IMG/VR virus record: IMGVR_UViG_3300045988_168552 | Length of the DNA stretch: 64,000 nt | DNA from: a virus | Reading direction: 5' to 3' (one strand) | Part shown: positions 26,829 to 36,506 of the stretch, one piece after another | Layout of the letters: the number at the start of each line of letters is the position of its first letter | How positions within the stretch are numbered: position 1 is the stretch's first letter | The notes under the pieces: model-generated | Database searches by the model: none | What the model saw: only the letters and a program-made list of their open reading frames with translations | What the model was told of the DNA's origin: nothing | Program-made: the position numbers and the translations under genes

Positions 26829-27390
26829 TTTGGTCCCATTTTGTGACCAAACCCATCATTTAGTGGGCTTTTGATAACTCGCTGATTTTGTGGGCTTTTT
26901 GGTCTCAAAAGCATATCTTGGTCTCATTTTTCGCCGAAATTCACTACTATATATAAAATTTTCCGTGTATTTTTTCTTTTCCCTAAAATCAAAATCCCCT
27001 AACCTCAAGCTAGAAGTTAGTAGCATTAACGGCTATGCTGTAAACATCAGACAATAAGGTAGTTATGAGGATATGAAAGAGTGGCAGCTAGCGAGAGAAA
27101 TGCAGGATTTTCTACATATTTTCTACATATTCCAAATATATTTTTGCATTCCTGCGTACATTAGTTTATAGAAATTAATTAAAAAATGAGACCAAAAATA
27201 AGAAAATCGCTGAAAAACAATCAGATAGCGAAAAATCGTAGTGGGCTAGCTGTGGGACAATGGTGGGTCAGCAGTGGGGCAAAATCCCCCATTTTCTTTA
27301 TTAGGGGACTTTAACATTTCACCCTTCAAAAATAAAATGAGACCAAAATGAGACTTTTGAGACCAAAATCGGGAGTTTGGTCCCATTTTT
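26829..27390. other. putative origin of replication (iteron field around an AT-rich core)
   Basis: GGTCTC-containing iterons at 26901 and 26920 are mirrored by GAGACC iterons at 27188, 27339 and 27359. TTTGGTCCCATTTT is present at both ends (26829, 27376). An 11-bp tandem TTCTACATATT x2 lies at 27110..27131. There is no credible CDS, and a primase-like gene lies directly downstream. Confidence 0.45.
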
Positions 27391-27414
27391 GAAAAAATGA
27401 AGTTTCGGGTGTGA

Positions 27415-27506
27415 AAGCTTTTGCCCTTACAGGGCGCATTGCTGATTGCCATTATACCCAGGGCGATGCCCTGGGCTAGGAGCTTCTGCCCCTTCAGGGC
27501 GTGTGG
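27415..27506 (+). repeat. GC-rich REP-like triple-hairpin element, copy A
   Basis: GCCCTtacAGGGC, CCCAGGGcgatgCCCTGGG and GCCCCttcAGGGC. The reverse complement recurs at 56441..56532. Confidence 0.85.
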
Positions 27507-27605
27507 GGATCACGAAAAATCCGTCTAAATATATAATATTTCTTAAAAATATAACTTATATTATATATTATATAGCTTACCTATACTCTTTTCGATTTAT
27601 TTTTG

Positions 27606-27613
27606 TATCTTTG
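27606..27613 (+). promoter_or_regulatory. putative -7 box (TAnnTTTG)
   Basis: TATCTTTG about 35 nt upstream of ATG 27648. Confidence 0.45.
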
Positions 27614-27647
27614 CAGCAGATTTTATATAATATAATATATGTAAGGT

Positions 27648-28724
27648 ATGTTTGAGGAGATATGTTCCATCTATCGGGATGCGAAAGATGCACTCGGAAG
27701 ATACGTCGATATGGAGACGGGCGAGTGCATCACGCAGATGTCTATCCGTGAGTTCTGTCTTACGGATAGGTGGAAGCCGTATGTAGAGAAGCTGAGAGAC
27801 ATGCGGCAGGAATTTGGCAGCAAGGCGAAGAAGATGTCGGAGTACATCGAAACAAAAAAGATGCTTCCGGGAGCCACACTGAGCGGTCTCTTCCGTCTTT
27901 ACGAAGACGAAAGCCTTACCCACCCCGGTCAGCGGGTGATGGTTTCCCGAAGAGAAACCCACCTTCAGCAGCATACTGGATGGCTCGCCATCGACATCGA
28001 CCTTCAGGACAATCAGCAGCTTACCAATTTCGAGAATATCCGCATGGTGACTCGCTTCCGCCCGGAGATAGGCTTGCTGATGCGTTCCTGTTCGGGTACC
28101 GGATATTTCGGACTGGTTCGCCTGGCTTATCCCGATAGGCACAAGGAGCAGTTCAAGGCTATCCTCAAGGAATACGCAGCCCTGGGAATTGTGCTCGACA
28201 AGCAATGTGGCAATATCGGACGTGTGCGCTTCGCCTCATGGGATGATGCCGACCATATATATATTAATAATAATGTACAACCATACCTAGGCTTGGCGAC
28301 AGATGAGCCGCAGGTGATACCACAGGCACGCCCGATGTATCGGCAGACGCAGAGTAACACCTCTGCTGTTTACGGCAATGGCTACGACAATAAAGCCTTC
28401 TGGAATGATCCTCGCACGCAAGACCGCATCATCGAACTCATCGTAAAAGCCTTGGTGAGCCGAAACATCAACATCACGGAAAGCTACGATGAGTGGACCA
28501 AGGCAGGTTGGGCATTGAAGGCGCATCCCTATGGCGAACGTCTGTTTCACGAGCTTTCGGCATGTAGTCAGAAATACAATGCTGCTCAAGCATCGCAGAA
28601 GTGGCGACAGTTGGGCAGAAGCACCACCGTGAGTTACAATTACCTCATCCACGCCTGCAAGGAGAATTTAGGCCAAGGAGAATATCACTCTATCCTGCAG
28701 CAGGTATGGAGGGAAAGAGGCTAA
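27648..28724 (+). CDS. primase-polymerase-like replication protein (VirE/BT4734-like N-domain + PriCT-2-like C-domain)
   Basis: 358 aa. LAIDIDLQDN, SCSGTGYFGLVRL and NIGRVRFASWDDADHIY fit the VirE_N/BT4734 pattern. YDEWTKAGWALKAH...SACSQKYNAAQASQKW fits PriCT-2. Confidence 0.65.
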   Translation: MFEEICSIYRDAKDALGRYVDMETGECITQMSIREFCLTDRWKPYVEKLRDMRQEFGSKAKKMSEYIETKKMLPGATLSGLFRLYEDESLTHPGQRVMVSRRETHLQQHTGWLAIDIDLQDNQQLTNFENIRMVTRFRPEIGLLMRSCSGTGYFGLVRLAYPDRHKEQFKAILKEYAALGIVLDKQCGNIGRVRFASWDDADHIYINNNVQPYLGLATDEPQVIPQARPMYRQTQSNTSAVYGNGYDNKAFWNDPRTQDRIIELIVKALVSRNINITESYDEWTKAGWALKAHPYGERLFHELSACSQKYNAAQASQKWRQLGRSTTVSYNYLIHACKENLGQGEYHSILQQVWRERG

Positions 28725-28755
28725 TAAGAAAAGTTTTTTAAATACGTATAAGATT

Positions 28756-29040
28756 ATGGCAAAGAGAAATGTAAAAATCCCGAAGGGGTCATGGCTCGAC
28801 CAGAAAGGTCAGCGATGGATGAAAGTAATATTCGATGTAATGTCCGGTTTCGGGGGGTGTGAAAAGTTCATCCGTCAGATCAATTTGGACTTCACCTGCA
28901 ACTTCGATTTCGGACTGAAAAGATATGTAGTTAATATGGATGATTATGGTAATCTGCGAAACGTTGTGTTGCAGAAATACCCATCGCTGGCGAGGTATGG
29001 AGCCTTCCGACTGGTGATGACAACTCATCAAGTAAAATGA
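28756..29040 (+). CDS. hypothetical protein
   Basis: 94-aa ORF. AGATTATGG start context. Confidence 0.55.
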   Translation: MAKRNVKIPKGSWLDQKGQRWMKVIFDVMSGFGGCEKFIRQINLDFTCNFDFGLKRYVVNMDDYGNLRNVVLQKYPSLARYGAFRLVMTTHQVK

Positions 29041-29047
29041 TAAGATT

Positions 29048-29581
29048 ATGAAATTGATAACGATTATTGGTCCCTCTGGGGCTGGCAAGGATACGGTAGC
29101 GCTCATGTTGTCTGCCATCCTGGGATATGAAGTGCTTTGTTCCTATACCACCAGACCTATGCGTGAAGGTGAAGTGGACGGCAAGGAGCATCATTTTGTC
29201 AAGGAATGCAACGTTCCCAAAAGCGAAATGCTTGCTTATACCCGATACGGCAACTATGAGTATTGGACGGAGAAGAAACAGATAAATGGTGCTGCCATTT
29301 ATGTCATCGACGAGAAAGGACTGATGGAGCTGATGGAGCGCTGCCCGAAGGCTAAGATCATCACCGTCTATGTTTCGGCAAAGCCGGAAACTTTGAAGAA
29401 GCGCGGTATCTCTGAGGAACGTACCGACAGAGACCAGTATCGTGTTCAGATTGATTTCAACAGCTATGACTATGTGATACCCAACAACCGCTCGATATTC
29501 CATCTTTGGGATTTCGTGGCGTTCGTAGCCAAGAAAATAAGAGAGCAGGAATTGGGCATTCCTAACCATGCTGTAAAGTAA
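29048..29581 (+). CDS. guanylate-kinase-like (d)NMP kinase
   Basis: 177 aa. P-loop IIGPSGAGKDT and YTTRPMREGEVDGKEHHFV, the guanylate kinase signature. Confidence 0.85.
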   Translation: MKLITIIGPSGAGKDTVALMLSAILGYEVLCSYTTRPMREGEVDGKEHHFVKECNVPKSEMLAYTRYGNYEYWTEKKQINGAAIYVIDEKGLMELMERCPKAKIITVYVSAKPETLKKRGISEERTDRDQYRVQIDFNSYDYVIPNNRSIFHLWDFVAFVAKKIREQELGIPNHAVK

Positions 29582-29674
29582 GTTCAAAGTGAATATCCAG
29601 TACCGTTACAATACAGACTGAGTACAGACTGAGCATAGATAGAATAATATATAAACATCAAATAAAGAAACAAT

Positions 29675-30562
29675 ATGAAAATGATAATTCCTGGTGTTGA
29701 GTGGTGGCCTCAGAAGACCGCCGCTCAACAGATTGCTCGAGTAGGCAGAGTTTGCTACAAGAGCAAAGGTAAGCAGCCTGACGAGAATCTTCCTGAAGAC
29801 AAGAAAGAAGATTTTCTGGAGAAACAGGCAGTGCAGTTGGCCAACCGATTCTGGGAGAGCGGCCACCGCTCCATGTACCGACATGGTACCCTTTACTTCT
29901 TCGTGAAGAACGATAGTAGGCTGCCAAAACACCTCTGGTCTTTCCTCGTTGCATCACCTTACATCAATTATGCAGTGCAGGAAAAGAAGGTATGGATCAG
30001 CAGCAATATGCAGTTCCTTTGCGAGCACGGCAATATATTCGAAATGCTATCCCCATTCAATGTGAAGGAAGCCGAGTTTATCGAAAAGGCGCAGAAATAT
30101 GATTGCAAGGAAGCACTCAATCTCCTCCGAATGACGCTGGTGGTGACTACGCAGATCAGCACCAGCCGTGAGTTGAACCGCACATCACCTAATAGCATCA
30201 GTGAGCAGAGTACACGCTATGTGAACCTTGAGAAGAAAGGTGGCGTGCAGATTGCCCGTCCCCATTGGTTGCACGAGGGCACCCGCTGGCAGAAGTTCCT
30301 CTATCTCACCGGCTGCAAGATTGCCGACTGGCTCTATCGTCGATTGCTGAAATCGGGCATGAAGCCACAGGATGCAAGAGGCATTCTTCCTCTTGATACC
30401 TATACGGTAGTAGCTTACACCTACACCATCACCGAGTGGCAGCATATCCTCGACCTCCGCTTCAGAGAAACCACCGGCAAGGCGCATCCTAATGCCAAAG
30501 AGGTAGCCTTCGAGATCAACCGCATCATTGATGAAAGAATGGAGGCATTTAATAACAAATAA
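29675..30562 (+). CDS. thyX: ThyX-like flavin-dependent thymidylate synthase homolog (non-canonical RHR motif)
   Basis: 295 aa. SGHRSMYRHG, ...SRELNRTSPNSISEQSTRYV (ThyX motif region) and ARGILPLDTYT...EWQHILDLR. By my by-eye alignment the canonical RHR reads RTS. Confidence 0.75.
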   Translation: MKMIIPGVEWWPQKTAAQQIARVGRVCYKSKGKQPDENLPEDKKEDFLEKQAVQLANRFWESGHRSMYRHGTLYFFVKNDSRLPKHLWSFLVASPYINYAVQEKKVWISSNMQFLCEHGNIFEMLSPFNVKEAEFIEKAQKYDCKEALNLLRMTLVVTTQISTSRELNRTSPNSISEQSTRYVNLEKKGGVQIARPHWLHEGTRWQKFLYLTGCKIADWLYRRLLKSGMKPQDARGILPLDTYTVVAYTYTITEWQHILDLRFRETTGKAHPNAKEVAFEINRIIDERMEAFNNK

Positions 30563-30581
30563 AAAAGTAAGCAATCAGTCT

Positions 30582-30734
30582 ATGCCACGTCGCATTCATA
30601 AAGATTGCCCTTTTACAGCCGAAGAGATAGACGAGTTTCACGCTATGCTCTATAACGTGAACACGTCTTTCCCGTGCATCAATCCCGCACCCGTATCATG
30701 GCTGAAAGGCTTTCAGAATTATAGCAGTAAATAA
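30582..30734 (+). CDS. small hypothetical protein
   Basis: 50 aa from an internal ATG of track ORF 30528..30734. The upstream part of that ORF overlaps thyX. Confidence 0.35.
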   Translation: MPRRIHKDCPFTAEEIDEFHAMLYNVNTSFPCINPAPVSWLKGFQNYSSK

Positions 30735-30823
30735 TCGCCGTTAAGGGAGATTATGATTAATAGAGCCTCTTATGCCTCTTTTTTATGACGGTTTCCAAAA
30801 TTGCAACTGTCATAAATGGAGCC

Positions 30824-30849
30824 TCCGTTCCCAGCGATTCCGTCGCTGG
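30824..30849 (+). repeat. conserved hairpin element, copy 4
   Basis: TCCGTTCCCAGCGATTCCGTCGCTGG followed by an A-rich leader and ATG 30886. Confidence 0.8.
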
Positions 30850-30885
30850 TTCGTACAGAAAAAAGTAAAAAAGCAATAAAAAGCA

Positions 30886-31860
30886 ATGGGAACAAAAAAC
30901 AAAAAACAACAGCAGCAGGCATTGGCCAAGCGTGAGCAGCAGATCAGAAATCTGCCGACCATCTATACTTTCAACTTCAAGGATGTGCCTGCAGAGCAAT
31001 ATATCAAACCATTGGAAACTCTCTTTTCCAATGCCGATTTCTATAATTTGATGGAGAATCGTAACGAGATGGTACGTTCTGCTTGCCGCATTCCTCAGAA
31101 CTCTCCTAAGATGCCCCTGCTTATCAAGGCTATCCAGGATAAGGATCTGAAACTTGCCAAGCAGGTATATGCCGCACTCGTACAGATAAACCTGCACAGC
31201 AAGGTAACTTTCGATTTCCTCAATTTCGGTCAGTTGCTCCGTTATTACGTAGATTATTCCAAGCCAGGCATCCGTGAGACGGTTTCCCGCCTTTCCATTA
31301 ATCTCGACAAGATAACTTTCTATGCCGATAGTCTGGAAGACCTTCTTAACCAGGCAAGAGCGGATATGAGAGAAATTTTCAATGGCACTACCGAGTTCAA
31401 GCAGTTTGATGGTGTAGTGGAAAGCCTGAAGCAGTTGGAAGGTTTCTTCAATTATTCCCGCACCAAAGACATCAACAGCAAAGATAATGCCCTCTACTGC
31501 GAGTATGCCGACAGCATCAATGCCTATATGGAGAAGCGAATGCAGACCTATTCGGCAAAATACCGCAAGCTGCATCCCCAGCTCCCTGGCTTCACCCAGG
31601 ATCAGATGATAGAAGCCCTCAACCTCTTCTTCGAGGAGAACGGTAAGTTCAATGAGAGCTTCATCAGTACTACCGAGAGTGGAGGCAAGTATATCGATGC
31701 CGTAAAGCTCTCCTTCAACATCGACGAAGAGCAGACCCAGAAGCTCGATAAGCTGGTACCCAAGCCGAAGGAAGGCAACTCCATCCAGAAGTATTGCCTG
31801 AACGTTACCGATGCAATCATGCTCTACTATGCCCAGCAGAAAGGCATCTCCTTCGCCTAA
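30886..31860 (+). CDS. hypothetical protein
   Basis: 324-aa ORF behind a hairpin/A-rich leader. Confidence 0.65.
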   Translation: MGTKNKKQQQQALAKREQQIRNLPTIYTFNFKDVPAEQYIKPLETLFSNADFYNLMENRNEMVRSACRIPQNSPKMPLLIKAIQDKDLKLAKQVYAALVQINLHSKVTFDFLNFGQLLRYYVDYSKPGIRETVSRLSINLDKITFYADSLEDLLNQARADMREIFNGTTEFKQFDGVVESLKQLEGFFNYSRTKDINSKDNALYCEYADSINAYMEKRMQTYSAKYRKLHPQLPGFTQDQMIEALNLFFEENGKFNESFISTTESGGKYIDAVKLSFNIDEEQTQKLDKLVPKPKEGNSIQKYCLNVTDAIMLYYAQQKGISFA

Positions 31861-31879
31861 TCAATAAAGTAAAAAAACA

Positions 31880-32611
31880 ATGCCAAATATCTATCTCCGT
31901 CTCCCCACCTCCCGCTGCCAGTTTTTCCGGCACCGCGATCCCAAGCTCACCCTGGCAAAGGATGAGCCAGTGGTGTTCAGTAACTACTCGCACGAGCACT
32001 TCATCATGCGCAACTCCCTCATCAATGCTCCAGCCCGCAGCAGCCGCATCGACCTCGGCTGTTTCTCCCAGCAGCAATGGTGCAATATGCTCACGGGCAG
32101 GCACCCTGCCGGAGGCAAGGTAATGATGCGCCGTGATGCCGGAAACTGGCTCACCTTCCGAGAGGTTCAGCAGCTTAACGGTCGCCTGACCGACGGCAAG
32201 GGAGCCAATGATGATTACCTCTGCATCCGCTTACCCAGCGAAGTAGAGATTGTCGATACCGTTTATTCCGTAAAGCCTACCTTTACCCTCGATACGAACG
32301 GCATGCGTGCGCTGGCGGTCTCACTCAACAACGATTTCAAGCGCAGCCTCGTAGAATGGTCGCTATCCACCTTCGACTTTTGTACGTCCAAAGGCAGGGT
32401 TATCGCCCGCTCCCATAACGCTATGCTGGAGCGGTACTTAATGCGATATGGTATAGAAGCCAGTGAGGAAGAGAAAGACGTATTGCGCCGCATCATCGGC
32501 AGGTGGTTCCGCACGGAGCACTGCTTCTTCAAGTCCTATTCCTGCGTGGATATGCAGTATAAAGATAGCCGTGATAAGCCCAATCGCATCGATGAAGTGC
32601 AGTGGCTATGA
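31880..32611 (+). CDS. hypothetical protein
   Basis: 243-aa ORF. Confidence 0.6.
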   Translation: MPNIYLRLPTSRCQFFRHRDPKLTLAKDEPVVFSNYSHEHFIMRNSLINAPARSSRIDLGCFSQQQWCNMLTGRHPAGGKVMMRRDAGNWLTFREVQQLNGRLTDGKGANDDYLCIRLPSEVEIVDTVYSVKPTFTLDTNGMRALAVSLNNDFKRSLVEWSLSTFDFCTSKGRVIARSHNAMLERYLMRYGIEASEEEKDVLRRIIGRWFRTEHCFFKSYSCVDMQYKDSRDKPNRIDEVQWL

Positions 32612-32685
32612 TTTTACACCTTATATAATAAGTGTTAATTCATAAGATAATAAACGTTAAATAATAGATAAATCAAGGAAACGAT

Positions 32686-33174
32686 ATGAATTTACCCGAT
32701 AGTTGCAGAGAGTTATTTCTTGAGGGAGTAACTGATGCTTATTTTTATGCCGTAAGGGACAGTTCCGTCCCTATTCCATTCAGCATACCGCTGATATTGC
32801 AGATAAACGGATGCAAGTTTGCCGGCGAAGCACTCCATGTTGCCACCAGTGAGGGCAATAATTATGTAATATCTGATGGCATCACCGCTAAGCAGACTTC
32901 TTCAGAGGGTGGCAACGGTACCGTCTTCAAGTTCGAGATTACCGCCAATATCCGTGACGGAAAGGGAAATATACCCGAAATTATCAAGAATATGCACGGA
33001 AAGGACTATTATATAGTCTTGCGCAAGCAGGATGACTCGCTTTATCTGTGCCATACGCTGCCTGGCACCTTCGGTATCACCGATTCCGTAACCAGTCAGA
33101 ACGATGCTGAGACCCGTAGTATTACGGCTATCTGTCAGGCGATGTCGGAGTTTATTCCGATAACGATTTCTTAA
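32686..33174 (+). CDS. hypothetical protein
   Basis: 162-aa ORF followed by a terminator. Confidence 0.6.
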   Translation: MNLPDSCRELFLEGVTDAYFYAVRDSSVPIPFSIPLILQINGCKFAGEALHVATSEGNNYVISDGITAKQTSSEGGNGTVFKFEITANIRDGKGNIPEIIKNMHGKDYYIVLRKQDDSLYLCHTLPGTFGITDSVTSQNDAETRSITAICQAMSEFIPITIS

Positions 33175-33265
33175 TTAGTTACCGAAAAATCAGTATCTAA
33201 TTATCTTCTAGTTTTTTTTAAAAAGCTTATATTCATAATAATGTTAAATTAGATTTGAGTTTCAG

Positions 33266-33300
33266 CCCTGCCGTCCGTGAGGATCGCAGGGTTTTTTATT
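33266..33300 (+). terminator. intrinsic terminator
   Basis: CCCTGCcgtccgtgaggatcGCAGGG followed by TTTTTTATTTT. Confidence 0.7.
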
Positions 33301-33367
33301 TTCTCCTAAATCATAGCTATTTCGGCATATAGGCTTATTTTGTCCCTATACGCCCACGCATTTCCAT

Positions 33368-33375
33368 TACCTTTG
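33368..33375 (+). promoter_or_regulatory. putative -7 box (TAnnTTTG)
   Basis: TACCTTTG about 105 nt upstream of ATG 33480. Confidence 0.4.
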
Positions 33376-33479
33376 CCCTCAGAAAATATCAATAGTCTTC
33401 TAGCATAATAACAAGGTAAGGAGATTTGTTTTCAGGATAACGATAACATACATTAATTTTTAAAATTCTATTACCCACA

Positions 33480-35111
33480 ATGAAAGGTCTTTATGAAATT
33501 CTGACCGAAAAGAAGTGGATGGTGAACCCCGATTTCGTGCATGGCATTCGCAAAACGATCGAGCAGAACTTAAATACTCATACAGCGTTTACCAAACCGG
33601 AAAAGACTTGTGGATTCGTCACTGCAAAGGATGATAAAGGAAACACCTACTATCCGGAGGAATATCAGATTTCCGAGGATGGCAAGCAGGTGAGAGCTAA
33701 CTATCAGCTCGACTATCCGGAAGATGATGAGCGGGCGCAGAACTTTCCGTTTGTTTCGGTTCTCACCGTAGATGGTCCTATCACTCGAAATGGTGGATAT
33801 TGCTCTTATGGTTCTATCGACCATCGCGATATGATGATGCGTGCGGCTGATCATCCGCTTTGCCGAGGTCATCTTTTTATCATCAATACTCCTGGCGGTT
33901 CGGCTTGGGCTAAGAACGATTACGCACTTGCCATCGACTATGCCCACTCCAAAGGTCAGAAGGTTATTGCTCTGGTAGATGGTATGTGTGCCAGTGCAGG
34001 TATGTATCTCGCTTCTCTTTGCGATGAGCGATATTACCTGAATCCGAAAGACCAGGTTGGTTGCATCGGCGTGATGGCTGCATTCTATACTTTGGCTAAT
34101 GGCTCAAAGGATAAATACACGGATGAGACTTATCACGAGGAGTATGACCCAGAGTCATTCGACAAGAATAAGGCTTACCGCGACATCGCCAACAAGAACG
34201 ACAACAAGGAACTCGTAAAAGAGCTTGCCGAGTTGGGTGTGGAGTTCAGAGCCGATGTAAAGAAAGCCTGTCCTAACGCTATTGAGGATGTTCACCTGAA
34301 AGGTAAGGTCTTCAATGCTGAAGACGTGAAGGGAATCCTTATGGATGACCAGAGTACCTTTATGGTTTGCGTTCAGCGTTGTTTCGCTCTCTACAACGGC
34401 ACAGCCGAGCCTATCAAACGAGAGGCTTCTATCCAAAAGCCGGAACCGGAAGATAACGAGCCGGAGCAGGCATCAGCATCCACCGCACAAGAAAATCATC
34501 AACATACTATTCATCAAAAATCAATCAATATGGCAAATTATCCAAAGATCAACGCCGCTTGCGGTATGCAGGATGGTCAGCAGATTGAGGTGAAGGAGGA
34601 AGGCGCATTCATGAATGCCCCATTGCTCGACACCCTCGAAGCTCATCTCGCATCACAGGAGCAGGCTGTGGCTGATGCAAAGCAGAAAGCCACTACAGCA
34701 GAGCAGAGTCTTGCTGACCTTCAGGCAAAGCACGACGCACTCGCTGAGACCATCGCCCAGAAGGACGAGGAAATCAAGAATCTGAAAGAGGCAAAGGCTA
34801 AGGCCGATGAGGACATCAAAGCCCTCAATGACGCTAAGGCAAAGACTGATGAGGAGAAGGCAAAGGTAGATGAGGAGCTGAAGACTGCACAGGCTTCTCT
34901 TGCTACTGCCCAGCAGACCATCGCCGACAAGGACGCTCAGATTGCTGAGTTGAACGAGAATCCAGGCGAGGAGCCAGCACAGGGTGCAGCACCTCAGAAC
35001 AACGGCGAAGGTGCAAAGGCTCAGAACCTCCGTGAGTTTGATCCATCGAAGTATAAGACCAATGCCGAGCGCAAGGCAGCTTTCGAGCGTTTCAAGCGAG
35101 GCGAGGAGTAA
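33480..35111 (+). CDS. prohead protease (S49/ClpP-fold) fused to coiled-coil scaffold-like C-terminus
   Basis: 543 aa. LFIINTPGGSAWAKND...VDGMCASAGMYLASLCDERY is the SppA/S49 pattern. The C-terminal ~150 aa are Ala/Lys/Asp/Glu heptad-like (AKADEDIKALNDAKAKTDEEKAKVDEELK). Lies directly upstream of the capsid gene. Confidence 0.8.
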   Translation: MKGLYEILTEKKWMVNPDFVHGIRKTIEQNLNTHTAFTKPEKTCGFVTAKDDKGNTYYPEEYQISEDGKQVRANYQLDYPEDDERAQNFPFVSVLTVDGPITRNGGYCSYGSIDHRDMMMRAADHPLCRGHLFIINTPGGSAWAKNDYALAIDYAHSKGQKVIALVDGMCASAGMYLASLCDERYYLNPKDQVGCIGVMAAFYTLANGSKDKYTDETYHEEYDPESFDKNKAYRDIANKNDNKELVKELAELGVEFRADVKKACPNAIEDVHLKGKVFNAEDVKGILMDDQSTFMVCVQRCFALYNGTAEPIKREASIQKPEPEDNEPEQASASTAQENHQHTIHQKSINMANYPKINAACGMQDGQQIEVKEEGAFMNAPLLDTLEAHLASQEQAVADAKQKATTAEQSLADLQAKHDALAETIAQKDEEIKNLKEAKAKADEDIKALNDAKAKTDEEKAKVDEELKTAQASLATAQQTIADKDAQIAELNENPGEEPAQGAAPQNNGEGAKAQNLREFDPSKYKTNAERKAAFERFKRGEE

Positions 35112-35161
35112 TCTTCATTTTTCATTTAATTTCATTTCATCTTATTTAAATTTTAATTATT

Positions 35162-36466
35162 ATGGCAAATCTTCCTAAAGATTTTATCGGCACCACTGCC
35201 CTTGAGCACGTAGCCGAGCAGGTGAGCAAGGAAATCCTGATGGGTCCAGGCTACACCGATGCAGAGGAAATGGATCGCCTCGGCATTCAGGTTATCAGCG
35301 GTATGCAGTTTAAGCGTACCTTCAACATCTTCCTCCGTAAGGGTGGTACTACCCGCCGTAAGGATGTTCACGCTAAAGTGAGCAGCCAGGCAGGATTCCT
35401 CAAGGAACGTACTTTGACAGTGAAGCTTACTTGGGACCACTTTGACGATAACATCGATAACTACTGCGAGACACCTTTCGGTACAGACGCACAAGGTCAG
35501 TACCCTCTCTCTACCCAGGCTACAGAGGCTATCCTGAAGGATTACGCCGACAACCTTACAGCTTGCTTGTGGTTCGGTGATATTGACCTCGATAACGGCG
35601 ATGAGACCGTTCCTGCAAAGGATCAGGCTCTTGCATTGTATGATGGTTATCATACCTGCGTAAAGCACGACATCGAGGATGCCCTTATCTCTGAGGCTAA
35701 CGGCAACCTTATCCAGTGTGATGCCATCGAGGAGCCTGCCGACAACAACGACTCTACTCCATTCGATAACTTCGTCGACTGGTACTTCAAGTGGGATGCA
35801 CGTCTGCGCAAGCAGAAGGTAATGGTCTATATGGACGAATCTACTGCCCGCAACATTGCAGCCGGTTACGCTAACAAGTATCACGGCAACTTCAAGGTAG
35901 AACCAGAGGCAGGTGACAACTTCAAGTTGCCAGGTTACTCTAAGGTAACCATCTGTCCTGTATCAGACTTCGGTACTGGCGGCCGTATGTATGCTACCGT
36001 AGAGGGTAACTTCGTTTACGGTGTTGATACAGAGAACAATAAGACTTTCGTCAGCGTTCGTGTAGGCTCTGACACCGATCACAGAACTATCTCTTTCCAG
36101 ATTCAAAGTATTCAGGGTGCAGGTATCAAGGTGCCATTCTCTAGCAGCCTGTGCGTCAGCCCAGGTAAGCTTGAGAACCCAGGTTACAAGGCAGGTGATT
36201 ACATCGACTCTAACCTCACCGTCACCCTCGCAAAGAACAGCACTGCTGATGCTGGTGAGATTGATGGTAGCGTGAAGGTTAACGGTAAGCCTTACACCGA
36301 CCCTGTTGACACCAACGCCAACGACGTGCTGACTCTTGAGGCAGTAGATGGCGAAACTAACTTCGCCTTCGATCACTGGAGCAACGACAGCAAGGAGAAG
36401 AAGATTCAGGTAATCGCCAGCGGCACAAGCATGGCTTACACCGCCTTTTTCAAGAAGAAGGGTTAA
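35162..36466 (+). CDS. major capsid protein candidate with C-terminal repeat-type domain
   Basis: 434 aa, immediately after the protease-scaffold gene. The C-terminal ~90 aa (VKVNGKPYTD...FAFDHWSNDSKEKKIQVIASG) look like an InlB B-repeat/Flg_new-type module. By position and size only. Confidence 0.6.
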   Translation: MANLPKDFIGTTALEHVAEQVSKEILMGPGYTDAEEMDRLGIQVISGMQFKRTFNIFLRKGGTTRRKDVHAKVSSQAGFLKERTLTVKLTWDHFDDNIDNYCETPFGTDAQGQYPLSTQATEAILKDYADNLTACLWFGDIDLDNGDETVPAKDQALALYDGYHTCVKHDIEDALISEANGNLIQCDAIEEPADNNDSTPFDNFVDWYFKWDARLRKQKVMVYMDESTARNIAAGYANKYHGNFKVEPEAGDNFKLPGYSKVTICPVSDFGTGGRMYATVEGNFVYGVDTENNKTFVSVRVGSDTDHRTISFQIQSIQGAGIKVPFSSSLCVSPGKLENPGYKAGDYIDSNLTVTLAKNSTADAGEIDGSVKVNGKPYTDPVDTNANDVLTLEAVDGETNFAFDHWSNDSKEKKIQVIASGTSMAYTAFFKKKG

Positions 36467-36480
36467 CCCCCTCTCCTGCC

Positions 36481-36506
36481 CCCGTTCCCAGCGATTCCAT
36501 CGCTGG
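36481..36506 (+). repeat. conserved hairpin element, copy 5 (consensus)
   Basis: CCCGTTCCCAGCGATTCCATCGCTGG. Perfect 8-bp stem with loop TCC. Confidence 0.85.

Noticed and set aside
27446-27655. Track ORFs 27446..27655, 27246..27452 and 56270..56518.
   Set aside because: They are translations of the REP-like GC hairpin element or of the iteron/AT-rich spacer, not genes. The two REP-derived peptides simply mirror the DNA repeat.
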